Source: Epiperipatus broadwayi (Eukaryota > Animalia > Onychophora). Taken from it: DNA of 64,000 nucleotides. The translations under genes were made by a program, and so were the position numbers. Below the pieces are notes generated by a model. The model did not search any database. It was not told the DNA's origin and saw only the letters and a list, made by a program, of their open reading frames with translations. Shown here one piece after another: positions 12,271 through 24,152 of the stretch; the stretch's first letter is position 1; each line of letters opens with the position of its first letter. The DNA is taken from assembly GCA_028023455.1 (NCBI GenBank), contig JAQFVV010000007.1, forward strand, positions 14,694,001 to 14,758,000, written 5' to 3'.

Positions 12271-13762
12271 CAGCGTTTCCCAACCTTTTTTGGCTCACGT
12301 ACCACTTGGTAGTATATCGTGCTAAATTGTGAAATTTATTATTGCGAGTGTGTTATTTTATTTGCATTATACATATTATAGGGTGACCATGTATTCACAT
12401 CACATAATGAGAAAAATTACATTGTAACATGCCTAAACGTCATGCTGGATTATAAACTCACTGTAACATATATGTATGTGTTTGTTCAAAGTATCATATT
12501 TATCTACTATTTTGTCATATTTCATTTACTAATAAATGGTTTTAATAAAAACACAAAATTATAAAAACCCAATTAATATATTTTTTTATCATAATCAAAT
12601 GTTTTTATAAAATAAATTTAATGAGATCCTTGTGCTTGTTTCGAAGAACGTAATTTTTTGAAATTTGGTTCAGAAGATGCAAGATATACCCTTAAGTCTA
12701 CAGCTGCATTCAATCTGTTTCAATACTTTTTTTAAAAAAATATATATGAAGAAAAAGCTCTTTCTACTAATTCCATACTAGTAAATGGTAATAATAATTT
12801 AAGAGCTTTCTCAGAAAACTGTTGATGTTCTTTAATGTTTAACCAAAATTAATTAGATTGTGTCGATAATTCTATTACATTTTCTTTCTCTTTTATTGAT
12901 AATGATGTAGCTTTTTCTAAATTTTCTTCATAGAAGGGGTTTGAAATCTACTTATCATTTGTGTTTTCGGGTTTTGGAAAATATTCCATGAAAGACAATT
13001 TTAATCCTGTTAAATGTGCTATTATATTTTCTGTATATCTTGAGACAGACTAACCTTATTTTCAAACAAAAAAATATGTAGAGTTTCGAATTTTTCCGGT
13101 TGATTGTTTTCAATACACTGTTTCCAAAAATCTAATTTCTTAATCATACTTTCAATTTTATCATTAACATTAAAGATCGTTATCGAGTTATTCTGAAGTG
13201 TCAAATTTAAGTTCATTTATTTGCAAAAAATATCAGATAAATATGCAAGCACCTGAAGCCAATCAAAATCATACAATTTCGATGAGAGATCAAAAGGATT
13301 GTCTTAAAAAAAAACCTGTGCTTCTTGTCTAAGTTCGAATAATCAGGTTATATAGGGATCAATGAATTTTAATAAACAAAGACGATACAATCACAAACAA
13401 TAACCTGTCACTTGTAAGCCATGGGGTGAAGTGAATGAGAGTGCAGCACTATCACAACAGTGGCGGCGACATCTCAAGTTACTGGTGGCTAACGGCTAAA
13501 TTTAAAAGTGCACTCCAAAAAAAAAACGATATCAATTGCTGGGATTTTCGATCATCGACTGTACATATTAACAACTTTACTGTATAATATTATTCATTAA
13601 AATAATTTTTATGAATTATAGGAAAAAAACGTTTCTATGATATTTTTATGATTTTATTTTTTTTATTTTTTATGTCCGTCATTATTGATTATTTTTCGTG
13701 TACCACCAACCAGCAACTCGCGTACCACCAGTGGTACGCGTACCACAGGTTGGGAAACGCTG
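12271..13762 (-). mobile_element. Internally deleted hAT transposon, Buster/Charlie group
   Basis: TIR cagcgtttcccaacct (12271) / aggttgggaaacgctg (13762), perfect 8-bp TSD gtctaagt, subterminal gtaccac repeats, CpGs retained. Confidence 0.95.
12618..13360 (-). pseudogene. Buster/ZBED5-like transposase C-terminal fragment with stops
   Basis: FELRQEAQVF..DWLQVLAYLSDIF..MNLNLTLQNNSITIFNVNDKIESMIKKLDFW..EYFP..KALKLLLPF..RNRL-like..QAQGSH* matches the hAT Buster C-terminal dimerisation region. Confidence 0.9.
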
Positions 13763-14065
13763 GTCTAAGTGTCGATTGGTTTCTCTTGTTACTTATAAAC
13801 TCACTTAATCTTGAGCATTATTACACTTATTCTTTATATATATTTATAATTTCCCAATTACAGCATATACATTTTAATCACGTGAATAAAAACATTTAAA
13901 AAATGTTAGAGTCCCAAAATGCATTTCATGTTAATCCAGCACCCATTATTGGCTCCATTTGCCATCTCTCACATTTCCATATAGTGATATTTAATAATAA
14001 TAAATATATTAATGTTTATTTAAAGTTTAAAGTCAACAAAAATGGAAATTAATAAGGTCCATTAT

Positions 14066-14382
14066 GTTGTTCTTTCATAGAAATTATAATAAAAATCATA
14101 TATATTTACTAATAATTACACATAAAAGCCTTTTTGTCACATGGTTTCATGCCTTTTTCAAATATTAAATCATCTATTTTAATGTTAACCAATTATTTTG
14201 TTATTGTAGTTAATTTACTTCTATGTGCAATAATTGATTAACATTAAAATAGATGATTTAACATTTGAAAAGGACATGAAGCCATGTGCCCAAAAAGACT
14301 TATAAGTAATTATTATTAATAAATATATAGCTGTTATATATGATTTATTTATTATAAAATGTAAGTAAAAGATAGAAACAAT
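14066..14382. repeat. Fold-back element, ~135-bp arms, ~30-bp loop
   Basis: tttttgtcacatggtttcatgcctttttcaaatattaaatcatctattttaatgttaaccaatt pairs with aattgattaacattaaaatagatgatttaacatttgaaaaggacatgaagccatgtgcccaaaaa. Confidence 0.85.
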
Positions 14383-15714
14383 GTAGTAAGAGCAATGCTT
14401 TATTAGTGCAGACAAATTATGCAGTGCTGAGAATGCTTTCGATTGGAGCCAGTCATAGACATAGCAATGAATATAACAGAAATGGGAGAGTATATTAAGT
14501 AGTCTGAAAACAAGTGAAGTAATTTGCATATTTATTGCATTGTAAATTAAATGCTTAGAGTGGTTTCTTGGAGAGGAGAATGCAGGATTCTTTTCGATTG
14601 ATAGTGTTATAAAGTTTAAAGTGTATATATAAGTTTGTTACAAATAAATTAAACTGTTATAATTTAATGTGTAATGAAGTCACAAATTTTTCTGATTCTT
14701 CCAAAAATGTAAATAAATAAAAAATATATACAAATAAACAAACAAAGGAAACATTAAAATTAATAAATTAAATGCATTTTACAATCCACCAAGTACCATT
14801 TTTTCATCTTGGAGGACTGTTCTCAATCATATTTATTATTAAAATTTTTTCAATTTATATTGAAAGCATAATTTTATTCTTCCTTTATTTATTTTTTTGA
14901 ATTTGATGTACAGTATTTTACATAGTAAAATGTTTTTGAAACATACGCTATACATAATAAAATGTTTTGGAAGCATACAGCTAAAAGTATTATAAAATTT
15001 GAGAATTCTAATCAAAATTAGTAGAGATGGTATAGACTTCTGAAACAAGACTGCACTTACATTTTGATTATATATAAAAAGTTATTAAATAGAAAAAATT
15101 TTCATCTTTTCACATTATTGTAAAAAAAAAAAATCATCCTGACTATATTTAATTGCAATGAAAGTTTAACATTTCACTATTCAATTTATTTAAAAATTAT
15201 AACACAGTACTTTTTATTTTTTATTTTTTGAGTGAATGTGAATGAGAAAACACATACTCCATAAAATATTTGAAAATATGATCCCTCAATTTATTATTAA
15301 TAACTACAGTGTTATTTTTTAATTTTGTTTATACTATAATTCTTATTTATATATGCATCCGATACATATAAAAAAACTCATCTACGTTATATACATATAT
15401 AAACAGGGAGTAAATCACTCTTTTCCCAGGTTATGAATTAAAAGCACTCTAATTTTTAAGGAAAAGATCAAGAATAGTATTATTCCTTTGTTCAACATTC
15501 ATAGCCTAGAATGAGTATGATTTTCATTGTTTGTTTACATATACATTGAGTTATTTAATTTAAAGTTTATATATATATGTGTGTGTGTGTCTGCATTGAA
15601 AAGTTTTATACTTGTAGTTCACTAAACAAAATGTATTCTATTGAAATCAAAAATCATCCACAAAAGGTGAACACATAATACATGATGTATAATAAAGAAT
15701 TCCACTTTTATTAT

Positions 15715-15780
15715 CAAAAGAATGATGCCTTAACAACAGTTTGAAATTGTTGATTGTCAATGATATTGACTGGCTTTTAA
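15715..15780 (+). repeat. Family F fragment
   Basis: gccttaacaacagtttgaaattgttgattgtc matches 12225-12250 and 34435-34465. Confidence 0.6.
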
Positions 15781-16110
15781 TGATGATGTTTAATGTACAT
15801 GAGAGGGGGAAACTTGGAACAAAATATAGCAGATACCATGGATTCATTATATCTATATTTGTAAATATCATTAGGTATACCATCATAAATTTAGTGATAT
15901 TAATAAACACTAGGTGGCAATGCATACTCTGCTCAAAAGTTTTCACAAATGATTTTTAGTTCTGACATTATGGGAGAAAGTTATTTATAAACTATGAATA
16001 AAAGCAGATTTTCTTTTTAATTTTTTGAATCTAATGATAATATGGATATCTTGCTAAAGAAGCACAGACATTATTAGGCAAAACAATTTTTGATATATCA
16101 CTGGTATCTG

Positions 16111-16190
16111 ATAAATCCTAGTACCTCACTGAAGAAGCCAGAAGGAGAAACTGGAGATTAGGATATTCTCAAAAGCTTGTTAAGAACCAT
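16111..16190 (+). mobile_element. Hammerhead-bearing family B fragment (cleavage triplet deleted)
   Basis: atcctagtacctca-ctgaaga-agccagaagga-gaaactgg..ggatattctcaaaagcttgttaaga is colinear with the 17.1 and 51.2 kb copies. Confidence 0.7.
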
Positions 16191-16908
16191 TGGCAAACTC
16201 ATTAGATAAAATATATAGGTGTATATATGTAATGAATGAAAAATCTTATTGCAATGCTGAATAAATATACTATCGTGTAATATTTACTAATTCTATTTTA
16301 AACAATAATTGAACTGCCATCTAGCTGCTATGTCCAATAACTTTTTATTGTAAATATATAAATATTTCCAAGTATGGAGTTATTCATTTACTTAATTAGA
16401 AAGTACTTTACCTAAAACAGTAATGAATGAAATTAAATTGCCTCAATTCAAAGGGAAAATAAAACTGTCAGGCTAATTTCATTCAAAAGGAGGATCCCAC
16501 AAGGAGGATACCTCCTTTGAATTCCTAACAGTTTTAGTTTCATTTTTGACCTGGAGCAGTTGGATTTTATTTGCTACTATTCTAAGCAAAGTGTTTTCTA
16601 ATTAAGTAATTATAAATGGATAATTTCACACTTTCAATATTTACATCTAAATGTTCATTAAAAATATTAAATATATCAAAATACATCCAGTTACACATGC
16701 TTACAAGATATTGAATAGCATTTCATTACCCATAGTCATAAACTTTAAACTTGAGTTTTCTACTTAAACATAAGCAAACAAATATGTCTCATAGTCCATT
16801 ATTAATGACATATGAATAAATAAATATCATAATATATCTATCTAAGTATAAAATTATAAAGAAATTAAGTCATATATCACATGACCTAATTTAACAAGCT
16901 TGTATTAC

Positions 16909-17200
16909 AAATGTTATATTTAGATCTTGCAAATAAGCTCTTAACAAGCTTTGCAGAATATCCCCAATCCCAGACCATTTTCTGCTACTGGTTTCCTCAG
17001 TAAGGTGCTAGGATATTCAAGCATTAGATTAAAAATACCAGGACAAGCCTGATAATGGTCTGGGGTTGGCTTGTCCTGGTATTTTCAATCTAATGCTTTA
17101 ATATCCTACCAACTCACTGAGGAAACCAGTAGCAGAAAATGGTCTGGGGTTGGGGAAATTCTGCAGAACTTTAAGAGCTTATTTGCAATATATAACATTT
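16909..17200. mobile_element. Near-perfect palindrome of two family B copies (minus 16909-17049, plus 17068-17200)
   Basis: Arms are reverse complements over ~135 bp with an 18-nt spacer. Each arm has ctgagga-aaccagtagca-gaaa-atg-gtc-tggg. Confidence 0.9.
17113..17149 (+). ncRNA. Hammerhead motif, family B (core intact, stems II and III damaged)
   Basis: cuca-CUGAGGA-aaccaguagca-GAAA-aug-GUC-ugggg. Mirror copy at 16968-17005 on the minus strand. Confidence 0.65.
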
Positions 17201-17698
17201 AAAAATAAAAATACCTGCATTTATATTTTTTTAACTTTTATTTTATTGTAAATCTTCACATTTTGATATATTCAATAAATATAAAAATCATATTCTAACA
17301 AAATATGTTTTCCTTCCAGTATACAAATAGATTATGGAATCATTCTATTGAGGAAAATAATTTACATATACTAAAAGCTGATGAGCTGTGGTATATACAT
17401 CATTATATATGGTTGTAAAATCATTGGGTATGGATTAATATAGTGGATTATAACTGGACTTTAAAATAGAAGAAGGTAGTTATCTGGATCTATTTTACAA
17501 TATTTTTCTTTATCAACTTTAGGCATTCACTCTAACATAACTATGAAATTGTTTAAAACCAAAACAGTAGAAGACTTTGACATTTAGAGATTGAAACTAC
17601 TTCCTAATTTGCAACATACAGATCATGAAAATAATTTGAAGTAGAAAAACATGTTTCTATTAGAGGTCAAAAAGTTAATTTAATTAATATATATATAT

Positions 17699-18782
17699 AA
17701 TTAAAAATAATCAATTTAAGACAAAAGACATAGACACCTCACTATAAATAAAAAAAAATACTTAATGCATCAGTCCAGCTTTCATTCCCTAATGCAATCT
17801 TTTCAAGATGTTTCTTTTTTTGCATAATCACATGACCAATTACCCTAGAGCCACTCCCCCAATGGACATTATTTGCATTACATTATAATAAATATAATTA
17901 TTAAAATACATACATTCAATAAAATTAATAAAATACATATATATGTACTTAAAAATAATTAAACTGATTGCAGTCCCCCCCCCATAATATATATATTTAC
18001 AAATAATCTAAAAAAAAAACAATAATAATAATCCTTCATTTTATTTTTAAAATTATAACTCTAAAATTTCCAATAATCCAACAATGCCCATTTCCCCCTA
18101 ATTGTGCTGGACTTTTAATCATGGTTACACATTCGTTTATATTTTCTTGAATATAGAAAGTTTCATAACATTTTCTTTTTTTGTAATTTTTAACATACTT
18201 TATTACCTCAATATTTTTTTCACAATTTATTTTATGTCTAGTATCAAAAAACTTATATATGGCCCTTATCTTTTCTGTTAAATTCCCAATCTTGCTCCTT
18301 ACCTCTTTCCATGGCAGTCTTTCCTGTCTGATCTATATATATCATACTGTATATTTTAAACATGGTTAAAGGTCCAGCACAATTAGGGGGAAATGGGCAT
18401 TGTTAGATTATTGGGAACTTTATAGTTATAATTTTAAAAATAAAAGAAAGGGTTTATTATTACTGGGTTTTTAAAGATTATTTGTATATATATTATGGAG
18501 GGGGAAAAGGACTAGAATAATTTTAGCATTTTTAGGTACATATATGTATTTTATTAATTTTACTTAATGTATGTATTTTAATAATTATATTTAATTTAAT
18601 GTAATGTAAATAATGCCCATTGGAGGAGTTGTTGTAATATAATTAGTCATGTGATTGTGTAAAAAGAAATATCTAGAAAAGGTTCCATTAAGGAATGAAA
18701 GTTGGATTGATGTAGTAAATATTTTTTTTACTTATAGTAAGTTATCTATTTCAATTTTGTTTTAAATTGATTATTTTTAATT
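17699..18782. mobile_element. Long-TIR fold-back element (~425-bp arms, ~240-bp spacer)
   Basis: 17699-18123 is the reverse complement of 18361-18782, e.g. aatccaacaatgcccatttccccctaattgtgctggac / gtccagcacaattagggggaaatgggcattgttagatt. Confidence 0.85.
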
Positions 18783-18873
18783 TTATATTTAGAAGGTAAC
18801 ATTATGGACAAATTTTAACATTGAAATTTTATCATTTAAAGTATATATATATTAATTGTTGCATGAACTAAAA

Positions 18874-19311
18874 CAGGGATGCCCAACCTTTAACTTAACG
18901 CAAGCCAGTTGAGAATTTAGAAAAATTTAGGAAGCCACAATTATATATTGCATTTTTCATAATACATTTATAAACATAATTCACAAACTAAAAAAAACTG
19001 GTGTAATATGTTAAAAACAAAAAAAAATGTAAATACATTTTATTTATACAGTATTTATTTATTACAAATTTGGTAACATACATATAAATTACAATTACAG
19101 GAAAAGTATATTTTAATTATTTTATTTAATGTGAAACCTAACACTGCATATCATTATCATTTGTATTGTAAAAATGTTTATTTTTTAGTGTTTGCATGTG
19201 GTGTCAAGGAACATAAAATATTTTATCAATTTTTCTTGAGTGCAATGCGAGCCACATTAAACGGTTGTGCGAGCCACATGTGACTCGTGAGCTACAGGTT
19301 GGGCATCCCTG
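18874..19311. mobile_element. Non-autonomous hAT (Buster/Charlie-type) MITE, 438 bp
   Basis: TIR cagggatgcccaacct / aggttgggcatccctg, perfect 8-bp TSD aactaaaa, subterminal gcgagccaca repeats. Confidence 0.93.
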
Positions 19312-19497
19312 AACTAAAATAACAACTACTTTATAGCCAAATCTTGCTTTTTTATGTGGGAAGTGTTATAGAAATTTTTCCAGAGCTATTTAATGCTTCA
19401 TTTTTAAAAACTTGAAGTGACAAATACCCACTCTAGAAAGATCTAATATTGAAGAAACTATTTCACACAATATTATCCACTATAACAAAACATTATA

Positions 19498-19503
<6 letters not shown>

Positions 19504-19533
<30 letters not shown>
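19504..19533. repeat. (TA)n microsatellite
   Basis: Direct reading. Confidence 0.95.
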
Positions 19534-19537
<4 letters not shown>

Positions 19538-19834
19538 TTATAATGTATATATATATATATAAATTAAACTTAAAATTATATTTAAAACATTTTTTTTTCT
19601 TTCATAAAAGTTAAACAATTAAACTGAGTAAAAAAACATGGTTATTTGTAAGCCTATAATAATTGAAAATGTTGTACAAAGACCCCTAATACAATTTTGT
19701 TTTGGCATAACATAAAATTATTAAAAGTCTTTGCCAACAGAGATCACTGAATATATCTTGAGGTACTAAATTCAAAATATTGTATTCATGTTTTATTAAA
19801 GAAACAAATAAGGCTTTAACAGCTGATCAAATAA

Positions 19835-20006
19835 TAGTGGCTTAGGTTCATGGTAGTTTGGCTCAAAAATGAATGGAGGAATATAGAATATGGAGCCTAA
19901 AAATAAATATAACAAAAATTTTAAAAAAATATGTGTATTGGATTAAACTTGGAAAGGCCTTCATCATGCAATCAATAAATAATGGTTGAAAATGGTGATG
20001 ATGATT
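19835..20006 (+). mobile_element. RTE-clade LINE 3' end
   Basis: YWIKLGKAFIMQSINNG* then (GAT)n. Same terminus as at 10.1, 50.4 and 63.1 kb. Confidence 0.65.
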
Positions 20007-20772
20007 GGAGATATGGTAGGATGTAATATTAGCAGATGGACATCAGATTAGGAAATGTAAAAAATATAAGTATTTATAGTAGCAATAAATATATAAATAA
20101 ATGGTCAATAAATGATAAATATACGATACATTACTGAAAAGTATTATTACATAGAGTGTGATGTGGCAATTAAAGACAAAAATGATGGTTGTAAAAATGA
20201 ATTACTGGTGAAAACTGTGGGAGATCAAGGAGAGAACATAAGCAATAAAAGGATTCGAGAAATAATGGATATCGTTCACACTTTTCTTATATATAAAATT
20301 TCTATTTTGTTTGTTGTTTTAATATATGTTTATCTATAACACTTTACTGGAGTGCCCTCTTCTTTTATTCAGAGGCATTCCAATAAAAATAATCTTATTA
20401 TTAAAAATCCTTATTTTGTCAGTTGTCTGTAAGGCTATCAAATTCACAACAATGTATGGATTTTATTTATAGAGAAAACTATACCTAACTATATATAACT
20501 TGCTTATCAAATATAAAAGGTATATACAAAATTTTAAATTTTAATTTCGCTTTATTCATATTTTAATTTATTGTGTACATTTCAGAAATGTACCTTGGCA
20601 GTTTCAGTTCTGAAGTGTATCAAACAGGCCGAGTTGTTTCAAACTTTTTTTTTTAATTTTTCAATTGAGAATTTTTCACATTTATTTATATAATAATAAA
20701 ATCATTTCTTAATTTACATTAAATATCAAAGTTGTAATTATCTATTAAGCACACAAAAAGTATATGTAAATA

Positions 20773-21134
20773 CTTTTAAGACCGACTTTAACTTGTATCA
20801 TAGTGCCTTGAAATTTATAATAGTCAAGCAATATTTTTATTTTGCCAATAGAGGGACCTCTCAAACCATAACACAAGATAGTGACTTTTATAAAAATAAG
20901 AGTGGCCATCTTATCTTTAACCTGACTTTCCACTTATAAAGGCTAATCTGAAGCATCTTGATTTGGGAGTGTGAAGTCAAAAGTTCGGTTAAAGATAAGA
21001 TGGCTGCTCTTATCTTTATAAAAGTCACTATTTATGTTGTGGTTTGAGAGGTCCCTCTATCAGCAAAACAAAGATATTGCTTGACTATTATAAATTTCAA
21101 GGTACTATGATACAGGTCTAAGCCTGCCTTAAAA
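20773..21134. mobile_element. Family G palindromic MITE (~155-bp arms, ~50-bp loop)
   Basis: atagagggacctctcaaacc...ccatcttatctttaacc versus ggttaaagataagatgg...ggtttgagaggtccctctat. Confidence 0.9.
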
Positions 21135-21267
21135 GAAAATAAATATTAAAATAAATATGTTTAAAAAAACGATAATAGTATGAATACTGAACCTTACTGT
21201 TTGATGGTGCTCTTTTTCACCCAATGCACATCAATATATCAATTCATGAGCTGTTGGTTTTTTTACA

Positions 21268-22110
21268 GAATACTGTGGTAAAAAAATTTTTTTTTCACTT
21301 TCTATACATAAAACTCCTATGTTTTTTTTTTTGCATTTTTAGTAAACAAGCACTTTGTTTTTATATGGTGTAGAGGGGTGGGTTAATTTCCTTTTAAATT
21401 ATTGACTTTTTTTTTGGACACTTTTTTTTTTATTATTTTGAATTATCAGTTTCTTTACATAATACTATGGTAAATAAATTTTTGGTTTATCTTTTTCTAT
21501 ACATAAAATTCATGTTTTTTTTTGCCTTTTTAATAAACAAACACCACTTTGTTTTTAGATGGTAGAGGGGGGTTGATTTGCTTTTAAATTTTCACCTTTT
21601 TTTGGATTTTGAGCTTCTTTTTGAAAGCCTTAAACAATTCAGTTTTAATTAATAAACCAACAGTTGGTTTTTAAAGAGTGGGGGGGGTGTTTGATTTGAA
21701 TGTTAATTCTCGTCTTTTAGTATTTTTTGTCGATGTACTGGAAATTTTGCATATTAATTTTAAATGTGTTCGAATATAAAATACATATAAAGAAATAGAT
21801 TAACAAAATATATAAATTATTGGAGGGGGCTTGGTTTGCTTTTAAATTATCGACTTTTTTTTCTTATCGACTTTTTATTGATTTTGAGATTTTTTAAATA
21901 AACCAACAGTTGGTTTTTAGAGGGTGGAGGGGGATTGGTTTGATTTTTAATTATCATTTTTTATTTTATCATTATGAGGTGTTTTTTTTTTTTAAATATT
22001 TACACTACCAAAACATTTATATGATAGCGAAAAGTTCTTCCTTTATTTTTTGACTTTTTCAAAAAGCCTTAATTAAACAGTTCATTTAAAAAAAAAAAAA
22101 AAAATGTTTA
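21268..22110. repeat. Degenerate tandem array with G-run units, abutting the Merlin fragment
   Basis: Duplications of ~195 bp (21268/21461) and ~245 bp (aaccaacagttggttttt at ~21655 and ~21900), with recurring gaggggg..ttgatttgcttttaaatt. Confidence 0.65.
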
Positions 22111-22420
22111 GGGGGGTGGAGAGTTACAGTTTGTTTGACTCCAATAGAAGATGAGCCTCAAAGCTGTAAGTAACGGGATTTTGGAGCTGTCCAACCAACT
22201 TTCCTTATGCAGACCCCAGGTATGCTTGCAGGTGTGGCAACAGAATTCCCAGATCCTATAGTTGACTAAAACCATGCTCCTACCACAAATGCATAGGCAC
22301 ATCTGGCAGGATGTTTGTTCTCTTTCTGGAAAAACACAACTTCTGTGGCTGGCAATTCACTCCCCTTCAACCAATTTTGAACACTCGCCATCCTGACCTT
22401 TTACTGTTCTCACATGGATT
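22110..22420 (-). pseudogene. Merlin (ISXO2/IS1595-family) transposase N-terminal fragment
   Basis: With one frameshift: ATEVVFFQK..NILPD..CICGRSMVL..WEFCCHTCKHTWGLHKESWLDSSKIPLLTALRLIFYWSQ. This fits the zinc ribbon plus G.R.G.W.E.S.LP...LR.IY.W pattern of eukaryotic ISXO2 transposases. Confidence 0.7.
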
Positions 22421-22879
22421 CATGCATAAACATGCATTTTCATGTGAAATTGGTAGAACTCTACTGAAAACTCTAACCTTTTCAGGTTGTGTGCAGTTCA
22501 AAATTATCAGGAAGTGTGCGTGATGGCCTGACAATTCTTAAAATATATTACTAAATCCACTACGCTTTCTCAAAATTTTTCCACAATGAATTTTTTGATA
22601 GTTTTACATCCTTCAAATACAGCCACCATCAAATCAAATCATAGCAAAAGTTAAATTGTGCTCACTTGAGGAATACTGTCGCAAGTCAATGGGTGTAGCA
22701 TTTCATTAAATAATTGTAGGATACATCACCCTCAAGGTGGCCTATTATGGCTCTACACAACACTGTTATAGTGTTAGCCATAAGTTAGGCTATTAAAACA
22801 GTATATTAATGTGCATTGTGTGAAAAATAATGCCATCAAGTGGTAGGATTCAGTATTCATACTATTACCAAAAAAAACT

Positions 22880-23280
22880 ATTACAAAATTAATAGCTTTT
22901 CCATAGACCAGGTATAAACTTGTAGTAATAAAATCAGAACAAGATAATTGCAATTGAATGAACATTTCTATAGGATATCTTAGGAAAGATGGTAAAAACA
23001 AATGTTAAACTGGATACTATCAAGAAGGATAAAAATAAAATAATTCCAAAAATGTTGCAAAAAAATAGTAATAATAATAATAAATAAGAGAAATAGAGAA
23101 CACAATTATGAGGAAATTTATAAATTAGCAGAAAGGCATGACAATTGGGAATCAGAAGATATCATAGAGAACTGTACATCAATAACAAGAGGATGGCTGA
23201 ATTTAGCAGATGTTTAAAATATACATTAAACATTATGCATCTTAATAATGAGAGGTCATTAAAGAGAATGATGGAGCTTT
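22880..23280 (+). mobile_element. Very decayed RTE-like LINE fragment
   Basis: RCLKYTLNIMHLNNERSLKRMME resembles RRLRW.GHI.RM...RL.KR..E. Confidence 0.35.
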
Positions 23281-23329
23281 GAAATCAAAACTATTGTTTT
23301 GAAAACTCTTCATACAATGGTGCCATTCA

Positions 23330-23480
23330 GTGGATGCAAGAAGGTTTGTGCATAAAATCTCTATATGTAGTATCTATTCATCCACTATGCACAGACTACT
23401 TTCTAGTTTGTAGAGAGTTTGCTACTATTTTTAGAGCTTGTGTAAGTATAGGAAATATGATGATCATGTGAAGTTTTAGT
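23330..23480. mobile_element. Family A fragments (minus 23330-23382, plus tail 23412-23480)
   Basis: gaaggtttgtgcataaaatc...tattcatcc, then gcttgtgtaagtata...gatcatgtgaagttttag. Confidence 0.65.
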
Positions 23481-23668
23481 TGTTTTCTACCAAACCTGCC
23501 TATAGGATGATAGTGACTGTGGTTTTTAAAAAACCAGACACCAAAATGTACAAATACTGAACTGCATTAAAATCTATATGGCTATACAAGCAAATTAGCT
23601 TGGATTGAAAAGCTTATTGTATTTTCATTTTGGCTACATAGCTTTATAATTGACTAAATAGGTAATAG

Positions 23669-23872
23669 TTGGCTGCTAGAGGATTGCATTCAAGTCAAAG
23701 ATCTAGGTGCAGTGAACACAAATCCAAAACCCTCACTGATGAGAGCTACAAATTTTACACTAGTCCAGAGATATTGGATGAGTAGGCACTTCATAGGGAT
23801 TTTATGCACAAATCTTTTTACATCCATTGATTACTAAGGCTTGCACTGGATGGTCCTACTGTATGGAGAATT
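23669..23872 (+). mobile_element. Family A copy (hammerhead 23731-23770, GAAA lost)
   Basis: ccctca-ctgatga-gagctacaa...cac-ta-gtc-cagagatattggatgagtaggcact. Confidence 0.8.
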
Positions 23873-24152
23873 TGAAAGATGGGTGAGAAAGGTAATATGG
23901 TATGCAGAAGATTTGGAAGATTTTATGTCAGTATACTTATGCAAAAAGTGGATGATTGTGTTAGGAGAATTGTTGAGTGTTATAATGGCAAGGAATGTGA
24001 TAGAAGAATAGGATGCATTAATTAAAAATAGAGAGTTGGAGAGATGGAGAACTAGTATGGAGAGTAAAAAGAGTTTAAATATATATAAAAGTAAACAGAA
24101 TATTGGATGTGAGTTAATTTATGATAATAGCAAGAAAATTAGTTTACTGTTT

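Larger units (their letters stand above)
12095..13797. mobile_element. Family F palindromic MITE, interrupted in its right TIR by the hAT element
   Basis: tataaccattagaaatcaatcaatacttaaacaatcc ... ggattgtctaagt[hAT]gtcgattggtttctc. An uninterrupted copy lies at 34316-34519. Confidence 0.75.
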
